Assembly (NCBI GenBank): GCA_018819305.1
Contig: JAHJQO010000014.1
Span: 34,832-98,831, forward strand
DNA length: 64,000 nucleotides
From: Nanobdellota archaeon
Lineage (GTDB): Archaea > Nanobdellota > Nanobdellia > Woesearchaeales > SM23-78
Direction: 5' to 3'
The translations under genes and the position numbers were made by a program. Shown here in pieces: positions 30,410-39,074 of this stretch (positions within the stretch are counted from its first letter, which is position 1; every line of letters starts with the position of its first letter). A model generated the notes under the pieces. It made no database searches. It had not been told where the DNA came from and worked only from the letters and a program-made list of their open reading frames with translations.

Positions 30410-32031
30410 TTTTTAACCTCCATAAAAACCTTGTCAAGCTTTTCTGAAATCATGTTCAAAATAGGCGTTCTTGCTAAGTATTCTCCTACTTTTCCTTTGC
30501 TTTCAAAAGATTCTTTTATCTGCTCAAATGAATTGTTTCCTACTTTTTTCTTGGGATTTATTAATTCTACATGATTCCTCTGAATATCAAAAATATAAGG
30601 AGTTCCATGACGATCTCCTGTAAAATGATGAAACTCAATATCTATCTTTCCACCTCCATCTCTTTTAACATAACCCCAGCTACCATTTTTAGTATGAGTA
30701 TAATTATCTCCGCTCTTTACAATCTTAACTTTAACACCTGCTCTAAATACATCTTCTTGCTTTGCCTCTTCTAACAAGAACTGTGTGCAAAGATTCTCAT
30801 AACCATTATGATTCAACTTTTTAGGGAAAGTTTGATTATCCTTATTTATTGCAATTTCTAAATCACTAATTTTAAGACATTTAGTATCACCTTTAAAATT
30901 AATTTCCCATGTGGCTCCTGAATTGCATGTGCAAGAGTCAGTTTTTCCAATAATTCCTTTATACTCATCATAGTACTCACTGCCTTTTTTTACTCTTACT
31001 TTCAGGTTTTCCTTATGATCCTTTATTTTTGCTGGTTTAAAATAATAACCTGCTTCAAATTTAAACTCTGTTTGGTTAAGCTTCAATTCTGCTTGATTAG
31101 AATACTCTGATATCACTGCCTTAAATAGAGCTGCAAAATCTGGTTCTGCCCTATCATGCGCTCTCTTATGTTTATTTAATTCGTTATAAACATCATTCTT
31201 TGCAAATATACTGCGAACTATTTTTGGGTCATCAACAAGTTCAGATAAACATGCTGCCTGTTCATAAACATTCATATCATGACCAAACAGCTCAATCATG
31301 GCATTTTCAACTAATCCTTTGTTAACCTTTTCTTCATTTTTTATTGATTCCAATAATTTAAAATAGTTAGAGCATTCCCCTGCAAAGAACAGTTCAACTC
31401 CTTTGTACAGCATTTCATTGCTTGTTAATAATTTATCCTGTGATAACTCTAATAATCTATTTTTCACATCATCATTTCGTGCAGATGAAACGAGTTGAGA
31501 ATAGACTATTGTATTTGACAAATCATCAGGAGTATCCAACTTATCTACTTGTGAAGCAAGGAATGGTATTTTTTCTAAGAGATTCTGCGCAGCCATAGAT
31601 GAAATTACATTAGTACCTATGTACTGTAATACATGGGGCTCTATTTTTGCCTTTTTCACCTTATCTTTTTTTATATTTTTTGTATAATCCTTTAGGAGGT
31701 GAAGAGGTGATGTTTCTGGAGCTAATCTTGAAATTAAAGAATCATGGTTAGGTGTATATTTTAATCTTATGAAGTCTGAAAAAGCTTTTTCAGGATCCTT
31801 GGCAATCATTTGCTTTGCTTTTTTCTTATCAATGTCATTTGCAAAATAATATGCTAAACTTGTATCTGGGAGATTTGTTCCTGTTAACTCATCAAAACCG
31901 AATCTGGGTTGCTGTGCCTCCAGAATCTTTGATATTTTTCTAACTGGATTCATATCTGCTGCTAAAACAACTATTTCTTCAAGGGCTTCTTCTTCATTTA
32001 ACTCTTCTAACAAATCAATTTCATCATTCAT
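30406..32031 (-). CDS. Hypothetical 541-aa protein with an acidic N-terminus and C-terminal small beta-rich repeats (possible SH3/KOW-like) plus a CxC..C..C motif.
   Basis: Operon position. The repeated V(R/K)VK..KSG.. blocks and SCTCNSG...KCLK...LCTQ were seen directly in the sequence. Confidence 0.4.
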   Translation of the reverse strand: MNDEIDLLEELNEEEALEEIVVLAADMNPVRKISKILEAQQPRFGFDELTGTNLPDTSLAYYFANDIDKKKAKQMIAKDPEKAFSDFIRLKYTPNHDSLISRLAPETSPLHLLKDYTKNIKKDKVKKAKIEPHVLQYIGTNVISSMAAQNLLEKIPFLASQVDKLDTPDDLSNTIVYSQLVSSARNDDVKNRLLELSQDKLLTSNEMLYKGVELFFAGECSNYFKLLESIKNEEKVNKGLVENAMIELFGHDMNVYEQAACLSELVDDPKIVRSIFAKNDVYNELNKHKRAHDRAEPDFAALFKAVISEYSNQAELKLNQTEFKFEAGYYFKPAKIKDHKENLKVRVKKGSEYYDEYKGIIGKTDSCTCNSGATWEINFKGDTKCLKISDLEIAINKDNQTFPKKLNHNGYENLCTQFLLEEAKQEDVFRAGVKVKIVKSGDNYTHTKNGSWGYVKRDGGGKIDIEFHHFTGDRHGTPYIFDIQRNHVELINPKKKVGNNSFEQIKESFESKGKVGEYLARTPILNMISEKLDKVFMEVKK

Positions 32032-32043
32032 TTTACATCCTCA

Positions 32044-33558
32044 TTACATCCTCTTTCCATCCAAATAAACTTCTTTTATTATTTGGCCATCTACTTCTAT
32101 TTCCTTGATTTGAACTCTTTTTTTGTCAGGAAGCTCTAATGACTTTGCTTTTTTTGTATGACAATCACAAATAGATTCTAATTCACTCACTCCTCCTCTG
32201 GATTCAAAGTCAGAGATGTACTTGATTTCGCCATTTACAGGGCTGCCATAAATATCTGGTCTTAGCGCACACATGGCTTCCCCTATCATCAAAGCAGTGG
32301 CTATCTGGTTGATCATAATAACAGAAGGGTTGGGTGCTTGTATACAGCTAGTTCTCCTGATAATCTCAGCTCTGATAGCAAGGTCTGAAAGATTAATCTG
32401 GCAGTCAAAACATGAAGTTTCTCCTTGCTTATAAGCTAGAACTGTTGCTGCCCTATAATCTGTGCCTCCACTAATAATAGGGATGTTGTGTTTTTTTGCA
32501 TAATTATGAAGAATAGCCTTTGTGTAAAAACTATCCACTCCGTCAAAGATTAAATCATATTTTGTATCGAATTTGGATTTTTCTGTGAACTTATCAACAA
32601 TTGCATTTATCTGTGTTTTTCCTTTTGAAATCTTTTGCATAGTCTCTGCTATTCTTTCTGCCTTTAACTTGCCGACTGCATCATAAAAACTTACCTGCCT
32701 GTTGAGATTATGGTCTTCAACAACATCATAATCCATAACGTCAATTCTTCTCGGGCTTAAATTAGATATTGCTGCTGGTCCTAACAAGCAGCCCAGTGCG
32801 CCAGCTCCAACCATGAGAATATTCTTATCTTTGAAAGCATTAGCTATTACTTTTATCTCCTTGTCTGAAATATGACCAAAACGTTTATTTGATTCTAAAT
32901 TATAATTATAAATTATGTTTAAAGGCTCATCTTTTCTCATTAACAACTTCTTGACTTCCTCAGCCACCATTCCGCCTAGTTCTAAAGATACAAAATCACC
33001 TTGCTTTTTTCCTTCAAACATAGGCATTAACATAGCCAGGTTGTTTTCTCCGGCACCTGAAAAAGCAACTTTTCCATTATACTTATCAGCAGAAGAGCTA
33101 ATTATTGGAACGCCTTTTTTAAGATGATAATCTAAAACATGACTCTTTGATATCTTATCATTGGTTGCATCAACTATAACATGGCTTCCTTCTAAAAAAT
33201 ACTGAGCAGCAATAGTTGATAAATCAGAGTTTATTCCAATAACATTTACCTCTGGATTAATCTTCTTTAATGCTTGCTCAAGGCTTTGAGCTCTGGATTT
33301 TCCTTTTAGAGGCAAGTCAAGAAGCATATCATTTGCTGTTCCTTTGGCAGAATCAATTATTCTTATAGTGCCTACTCCTAAAGCTGCTAATGGCATGGCA
33401 ATGTACCTGGCAAGAACATCAGAGCCAATTATAGTAACAATTCCATTCTTCAGTTTCTCCTGATTCCAGTCCTTAATTAAGAGTTGCCTGTCATACCTGT
33501 GAATATTTTTTTCAATTTTTTCTTCAATATCTTCTAAAATGTCTTTTTTATATTTCAT
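32044..33558 (-). CDS. E1-like enzyme with tandem ThiF/MoeB-type Rossmann domains (a degenerate N-terminal domain plus a catalytic C-terminal adenylation domain) and C-terminal Cys motifs.
   Basis: Domain 1 (IIGSDVLARYIAMPLAALGVGTIRIIDSAKGTAND) lacks GxGxxG and the NLNRQ motif. Domain 2 has MVGAGALGC...VMDYDVVEDHNLNRQ. CxxC (SCFDC) and ICDC follow. Confidence 0.65.
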   Translation of the reverse strand: MKYKKDILEDIEEKIEKNIHRYDRQLLIKDWNQEKLKNGIVTIIGSDVLARYIAMPLAALGVGTIRIIDSAKGTANDMLLDLPLKGKSRAQSLEQALKKINPEVNVIGINSDLSTIAAQYFLEGSHVIVDATNDKISKSHVLDYHLKKGVPIISSSADKYNGKVAFSGAGENNLAMLMPMFEGKKQGDFVSLELGGMVAEEVKKLLMRKDEPLNIIYNYNLESNKRFGHISDKEIKVIANAFKDKNILMVGAGALGCLLGPAAISNLSPRRIDVMDYDVVEDHNLNRQVSFYDAVGKLKAERIAETMQKISKGKTQINAIVDKFTEKSKFDTKYDLIFDGVDSFYTKAILHNYAKKHNIPIISGGTDYRAATVLAYKQGETSCFDCQINLSDLAIRAEIIRRTSCIQAPNPSVIMINQIATALMIGEAMCALRPDIYGSPVNGEIKYISDFESRGGVSELESICDCHTKKAKSLELPDKKRVQIKEIEVDGQIIKEVYLDGKRM

Positions 33559-34916
33559 TTTTCTTTTTTCTCAACTTTTTCTTCAGGTCTATTTTCTTCT
33601 TTTTCTTTTATCTCTTTTTTCTCTCTTTCTTGTGCTTCTTTAGTCTTTAAGCCGTATTTACTCTGGAAATATGAATCCATAATCTGCATCTGCTCATCTC
33701 TTCTATATGATTCATCTAATTTAACCATCATCTTAACAAATGATTTTATTTCACCAATACTTGGATCATCTGTTCTTTTCTCATATTCATTTACTTTCCC
33801 CTCAAGAGTTTTTAGAAATGGCCTAGACAAGTAGAATGCGTTTTGATAAGTACCACCATAATGATTGTCATACTGAGCATAATATCCTTGAGCATCCCAT
33901 TTCTGTGCATTTGCACCAACAGAAACATACTTTCCTTTTTTGCCTTTAGCTCCTTTCCAGTTGACAAAAACCCATTTCTTAGGAAGATCAATATTAGCTT
34001 TGATTTCCTCTTCTAAAGACTGTCTTGTGACTTCTATGTCATTCTTAACAAAAACCTTTGAAATCTCTACTTTGTCAATTAATTCAGAGGAATTTCCTTT
34101 AGTAATAGCTTTTTCAGTGGAAAGTCCAATAGCGGTATAAGGCTTAATATTAGGTATGTTGCTCATAATAGCATAATAAGCAAAACCAAAAATATGAGAT
34201 TGATAATAATTTATTTGAGTTGTATCAAGTAATGAATTTAACAGATGAACAGCTTTGTCCTTTGCATTTTCCTTTTGAAAATCAACACCATTTCTTTTTA
34301 AAATTCTTTCCAAGCGCTTATCATGGTTCAGAACATACTCAATTATTGCATCATCTACAGATCTACCAGAAAACCTTATTCTTCCGTTTTCTCTGTTCTT
34401 TGTAATCTGAGTTTCAATAAGTTTTAATGGAATATTAATGTGTTGTTCTGTGTTAAGGCTGACAGAATTCAGCACAGTTTCAAAGTTTTCCATATCCACA
34501 CTTGAAGGTCCTAAGTGGCGTGCATCTCCATGGCCATGAGGCCAACCAATAATATATAAATTGCTTCCATTTGCATTGTTTTTTTCCTCTAACTGATTAT
34601 TTGCTTTAGCCACATCATCTCCGCTAATCTTAACAGTTCCAAGAGTGATATCCTGGCCTTTCTGTATCAAAAGATCACGTATAACATAATTAGGGTCTCC
34701 TTGTTGTGTTAGAAAATATGCTGACCATTCATAGTCTCTGCCAGTAAGCTCTTTTATAAGAGGACCTATCATCTCTAATTTCTTATGCGCCCCTAATGTG
34801 ATTGGCATTTTTTTAGGAATTAAATCTTTTGGAGATACTATCCTTTTTTCATGATTGTTCTCTGCTTGCACAAGCAGTTCATCAAGTTCATCAAATTGTT
34901 GTTCATTATTTTTCAT
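33555..34916 (-). CDS. Protein with a central JAMM/MPN+-like metalloprotease motif (candidate deubiquitinase-like isopeptidase). K/E-rich C-terminal tail.
   Basis: YIIGWPHGHGDARHLGPSSVD matches GWYHSHP.......SSVD (HxHx7-8Sx2D), with Glu residues upstream (LEEK). Confidence 0.45.
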   Translation of the reverse strand: MKNNEQQFDELDELLVQAENNHEKRIVSPKDLIPKKMPITLGAHKKLEMIGPLIKELTGRDYEWSAYFLTQQGDPNYVIRDLLIQKGQDITLGTVKISGDDVAKANNQLEEKNNANGSNLYIIGWPHGHGDARHLGPSSVDMENFETVLNSVSLNTEQHINIPLKLIETQITKNRENGRIRFSGRSVDDAIIEYVLNHDKRLERILKRNGVDFQKENAKDKAVHLLNSLLDTTQINYYQSHIFGFAYYAIMSNIPNIKPYTAIGLSTEKAITKGNSSELIDKVEISKVFVKNDIEVTRQSLEEEIKANIDLPKKWVFVNWKGAKGKKGKYVSVGANAQKWDAQGYYAQYDNHYGGTYQNAFYLSRPFLKTLEGKVNEYEKRTDDPSIGEIKSFVKMMVKLDESYRRDEQMQIMDSYFQSKYGLKTKEAQEREKKEIKEKEENRPEEKVEKKEK

Positions 34917-34917
34917 T

Positions 34918-36267
34918 TTAACCTCTATTCCAATCCCATCTGTTTGTTATTAACAGACCTTTTTTCTTAGCCTTCTCAATAGTAGTCTTTCTTGGAGATA
35001 GCTTTTTATCTAATGAATCACCAAAATATTCACCACCATCTCTTTCATCACCACCATGCCCTCTTATGCTATGTGGTGTTAAACCGTGCATAATTAAGTT
35101 TTTAGCATCATCAAGCGCCTTTGCAACCCATTCAACATTACTGCCATTTCTTGAGGGAACATTCCCCCCGCAAAGACCTTGAAAAGCTTGATTCTTATTC
35201 GATGTAAATGGATGCCATTCAGGTTCAAAGAGTTCAGGTTTATCCAAATAAATATCTCCGTCATATTGGATTCTCAATCCCACTCTTAATCTTGGAAATT
35301 CATAACAAACACCTTTCTTAGTTGGTCTTGGATCTAGCATTGCAAAAGGAGGTATTATCTGGTAAACATAGACGCTTCCATCTTTTCTTAAGAAACCAAC
35401 ATCACCATCATTAAACTCCTTAAGCTTTATAATTCCATCAAAGTCCTTTAATGCCTTTAGTCTGGTCCTCTGCACATCCTTAATGTAATCAGAAAATTCG
35501 TCAATGGCTTCTATCTTTGCAGTCCATTCCAAGAAATCAGAGTAATTCTTTTCTATATTCTCAACTTTTGCAAGAGGTAATAATTCTGATTTTTCAGAAA
35601 CTCCATTAAGACAGATTTCTAACTGGGATTGATTACCATTTGAATTTGCTAGCTGATAAACTTTTTCACCAAGAGTCAATATATTTTTTCCCTGTATTAC
35701 ATCTAAGAAATGAGTGACTTCATCTTTTGCAGTTCCATTAAAATTCTTTTTTGCATAATCCTGCTGCTGTGCATACAGCTTTCTTTTAACCTCTTCAATA
35801 CTTCCAAGCAATTCTTTTTCATCGACTTCTTTAGAATCCTTTTTCCTTTGTTTATTTACTTCATCACCTAGTAAAGCAGATAAATCCTCTTTATGCCCGC
35901 TCATGTAGGGCATTAATTCTTTTATTATAAAAGAAAAAAGCTTTCTGTCTCCTATCTCTCTTTCTCTTTGCTCAGCAGTCTGAAATCCTTTGTCAACCTT
36001 ACTCTCAATAAAAGCTTTTTTTAGAGCAAATATCTCATCTTCATTTATATGATTGTAGAATCTGACTAAATCATCCAGATTACCAGCAGGAACCAAACCC
36101 AGTTTAACATTTGAGCCAGAAAACCCAATATAATTATCTCTGTGATTGCCCTTATTACCTTCTTTATAGTTTGGTTTATAGTTTGGGCTAACAAGATAAA
36201 CCTCTTTACCTCTAATAAGGAGAGGTCCTCTTGATGCGAGTTCTGAAAAAAAGGTTTGAAGTTTCAT
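34918..36267 (-). CDS. Hypothetical 449-aa protein. The C-terminal region has a pattern reminiscent of the UBC (E2) fold (tentative).
   Basis: YEFPRLRVGLRIQYDGDIYLDKPELFEPEWHPFTSNKNQAFQGLCGG....W resembles EFP..YP..PP.V.F....HPN.....G.IC...W. Confidence 0.35.
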   Translation of the reverse strand: MKLQTFFSELASRGPLLIRGKEVYLVSPNYKPNYKEGNKGNHRDNYIGFSGSNVKLGLVPAGNLDDLVRFYNHINEDEIFALKKAFIESKVDKGFQTAEQREREIGDRKLFSFIIKELMPYMSGHKEDLSALLGDEVNKQRKKDSKEVDEKELLGSIEEVKRKLYAQQQDYAKKNFNGTAKDEVTHFLDVIQGKNILTLGEKVYQLANSNGNQSQLEICLNGVSEKSELLPLAKVENIEKNYSDFLEWTAKIEAIDEFSDYIKDVQRTRLKALKDFDGIIKLKEFNDGDVGFLRKDGSVYVYQIIPPFAMLDPRPTKKGVCYEFPRLRVGLRIQYDGDIYLDKPELFEPEWHPFTSNKNQAFQGLCGGNVPSRNGSNVEWVAKALDDAKNLIMHGLTPHSIRGHGGDERDGGEYFGDSLDKKLSPRKTTIEKAKKKGLLITNRWDWNRG

Positions 36268-36331
36268 GTCATTTCCTCTTTATCTTTTATTTTTCCTGTT
36301 GGTTGAAATCCTTTTATCTTAACATAATATT

Positions 36332-36760
36332 TTATCTTAACATATAATCAATACTTTTTTTTGCGCCTTCCTGTCTTGCAGCTACAATTATCTCTGCTTC
36401 AAGATACTCTCTTCCTGCTGTAGAAGTTGCGTCTCTAAGATAATCTGTAATTTTTTCTGTTCCTTTTATTGCCTGACCATTAACAGAAATACCATACTTA
36501 TCTTTCATCTCTATTCTAATTTTGTCTTGGTAACGAAGTTGCTCTCTTGTAAACCCGTCTTCTTCTCCTAATTCCAAAGCATGGCTAACAATCTTATCTA
36601 TCGACATGTCAGCCATGTGGTCAGGTAACAAAAACCTCAATGACTTCTCTGCCGCTGTCCCTGGCTTGACCCTTACAATTACTGGTTTATTTGCATCAGG
36701 TAAGTCTGCGCCTTTATCTCCTGTTGTTCTATTATCTTTTTTCTTTTTTTGTTCTAACAT
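36332..36760 (-). CDS. Small protein (142 aa) with a disordered basic N-terminus. Candidate modifier or adaptor of the operon. No C-terminal GG.
   Basis: Operon position between the AAA ATPase and the E2-like gene. PVIVRVKPG and ISVNGQAI segments are beta-grasp-like, but this is weak. Confidence 0.35.
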   Translation of the reverse strand: MLEQKKKKDNRTTGDKGADLPDANKPVIVRVKPGTAAEKSLRFLLPDHMADMSIDKIVSHALELGEEDGFTREQLRYQDKIRIEMKDKYGISVNGQAIKGTEKITDYLRDATSTAGREYLEAEIIVAARQEGAKKSIDYMLR

Positions 36761-36773
36761 TTTTTTTGCCTCC

Positions 36774-38258
36774 TTAAATTATATTTCTAATATCTTTGAT
36801 TTGGTCATAGCGATCATTTGCTATTGAACGAATATCTGATTCAGTTAATGATCTCTTTACGTTTTGCCCCATTTCTTTGAATTCAGCATCTATTGCTCTT
36901 AGCAAATCTGATAACCCCAAACCTTTATCGTGTGAATTACCCTTGCCATTGCCAATTTCTCTTTTTATTGCATAATCAGCTGCTCTCTGGACACTGGCCT
37001 CAATAATTGCGCCACTAACAAGATTCTTATATCTTACTGGTTCTGATGTTTGATCATAGAATTCCATTAAAGCAAGTACGCTCTCATCTGAGAATAATTT
37101 TTTTACACCTTCAGATGATAAGTAGTCTACTTCTGGAAAACCAGCTTTTTTTGCTGCTTTTCTTAATTCCCTGTTAAAGGGCATGTCTTTTAGATAAATA
37201 TCATAAATCTGCTTAGCACCTTTATCATTAGGTCTTGGAATTTCCAGTTTTCTATCAATTCTTCCAGGCCTTAAAACTGCAGGGTCTATCATATCCTCCC
37301 TGTTGGTTGCCATGACAAGAACAACATTGTAATTTGAATCAAGACCATCCATCTCTGCCAGGAACTGAGGAACTATGGAATCATAGATATCTGTGGATAT
37401 ACCACTTCCTCTTCTTTTGAAAACTGATTCTGCCTCATCAATAAATATTACGACTGGCTCATTGGTTTCAGAACTCTTGTCTCTTGCACTTGCAAATATT
37501 TGCCTGATTGTTTCTTCTGATGCTCCGACATATTTGTTTAATATTTCTGGTCCTTTGATGTTCAGAAAGTAGCCGTTTTGATTATTGCCTGTTCTGGCTG
37601 CTATTGACTTTGCAAGATTATAAGCCATTGCTTTTGCCACAAGAGTCTTTCCACATCCTGGAGGACCGTAAAGCAACACTCCCTTTGGAACCCTCTTATT
37701 ATATTTCTTATAGAGATCCTTGTGCAAAAATGGTGTCTCAATAACATCTTTTATTGTCTCTATAATATGATCTAATCCACCTACTTTGCTCCATGGAATT
37801 TCAGGTACTCCTTCTAAAGTAAATCTCTTGTTTTGTTTTCCAAGGTTATCTAGAACTACAGATTCACTATCATCAATAACTACACAGTCTCCTCTTTTTG
37901 CACCATTATTTCCATAAAGGATGGTTTGATTACCGTTTATGTTTACTTTGACTCTATTATTATCTAGAACTTCGCTAACAACAACAACATTTCCTTCTTT
38001 TCTTGGATCAGATACATCTACAATAGCATAATTATTATTTAAAGAAACACTTTTCCCTCTTTGCAGTTTGTCCTTCATTCTAGGATTATACGATACCTCA
38101 TAAGTTTGATTTCCAACTATCACTTCAACTTTTTTATCAAATACCTCTGTAATAATTCCTTTTCTAAGCGGCGGAAGTGATAATGATTTGATAATCTCTT
38201 CTTGGTCTGCAATTTCTTCTTCAAGCTTTGAAACTCTTTCTCTTAGATCTTGAGTCAT
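36774..38258 (-). CDS. AAA+ ATPase of the ARC/Mpa/PAN type: N-terminal coiled coil, tandem OB-like domains and an AAA module (proteasome-associated-ATPase-like unfoldase).
   Basis: Coiled coil RERVSKLEEEIADQEEIIKSL. Two OB-like beta segments. GVLLYGPPGCGKTLVAKAMAYNLAKS, GYFLNIKGPEILNKYVGASE, VIFIDEAESVF and ATNREDMIDPAVLRPGRIDRKLEIPRP are strikingly Mpa/ARC-like. Confidence 0.8.
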   Translation of the reverse strand: MTQDLRERVSKLEEEIADQEEIIKSLSLPPLRKGIITEVFDKKVEVIVGNQTYEVSYNPRMKDKLQRGKSVSLNNNYAIVDVSDPRKEGNVVVVSEVLDNNRVKVNINGNQTILYGNNGAKRGDCVVIDDSESVVLDNLGKQNKRFTLEGVPEIPWSKVGGLDHIIETIKDVIETPFLHKDLYKKYNKRVPKGVLLYGPPGCGKTLVAKAMAYNLAKSIAARTGNNQNGYFLNIKGPEILNKYVGASEETIRQIFASARDKSSETNEPVVIFIDEAESVFKRRGSGISTDIYDSIVPQFLAEMDGLDSNYNVVLVMATNREDMIDPAVLRPGRIDRKLEIPRPNDKGAKQIYDIYLKDMPFNRELRKAAKKAGFPEVDYLSSEGVKKLFSDESVLALMEFYDQTSEPVRYKNLVSGAIIEASVQRAADYAIKREIGNGKGNSHDKGLGLSDLLRAIDAEFKEMGQNVKRSLTESDIRSIANDRYDQIKDIRNII

Positions 38259-38860
38259 TTTCTCCCCCCTATTATTTTGTTTATTTTTTTGTTTATGATT
38301 TTATTTTTCATTATTCTTCTTTAGTTTTGATTCTTAATTTCCCCTATGTCTTCTTAATATATAGGATAGTGAATTGATAATATATACTTAACGTACATAC
38401 AGGCATTAAAACATGTTTTGTACATACTATTTTGACAATTTTTCATTTTCATCCGTTCATATTTTTAATCACTGTAAAGTTATTAATTATTTAAATATTT
38501 GTTGTTGATATTTCTACAACAGATATTTTTCTAGTCCTTGGCTTTCTGGACGATGCAGTTTGTAGTGTTTTTGCAAACCTTCTGCCCACTTAGCTTCTGG
38601 TAGTAATATTTCGTATCTCATCTTCCTATGATAACTACAAAGTAGTGACGATATATAAAACATTGTAGAAGAATTTTTGGATATACGCGTAAAGATGCTA
38701 CTTTTTTTTAGTTATAATCAATAAATTAATATAATGGTTTTATAAATGAAAAAATAATTTATTACGCTTAATAACTCTGCTAGGTTTTGTTTTTACAACT
38801 AAATAAAATCACATCTTATTTAAGAATAACTTTATAAAACTCAAAAAAGAACTAAATATC

Positions 38861-38956
38861 ATGACACGTATATGTATAGTTAAGAAGGAGAAATGCAGCC
38901 CTGTGAGCTGTGGAAATTTTCTTTGCATTAGAGTGTGCCCTCTGAATCGCAAGTAA
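38861..38956 (+). pseudogene. Orphan 31-codon fragment encoding an intact ABCE1 N-terminal 4Fe-4S motif (MTRICIVKKEKCSPVSCGNFLCIRVCPLNRK*).
   Basis: It matches the archaeal ABCE1 N-terminus (M.RIA.ID.DKC.P.KCG.FLCERVCPVNR). It is followed by a stop and sits in a different frame from the downstream genes. Confidence 0.6.
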
Positions 38957-39074
38957 TCGTATTGGTTGGGGAAAAATTTAAATAATGTGACCTTTTTCTG
39001 ATATCATCAAAGCTTTTTATTCCAAAAACTTCATCATTTTTTAGCAATTTAAACATTTTTTAAAGAGTGCAAAA

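Noticed and set aside
36332-36760. Calling the 142-aa protein a ubiquitin-like modifier.
   Set aside because: It has no C-terminal Gly-Gly and only vague beta-grasp-like segments. It is left as a candidate to be tested.
29780-38258. Interpretation of the operon as a Pup-proteasome (pupylation) system, because of the Mpa-like ATPase.
   Set aside because: No PafA/Dop-like (GS-fold ligase) ORF and no small disordered GGQ/GGE-terminated Pup are in or near the operon. Instead an E1 (ThiF) and a JAMM are present, which belong to ubiquitin-type chemistry.
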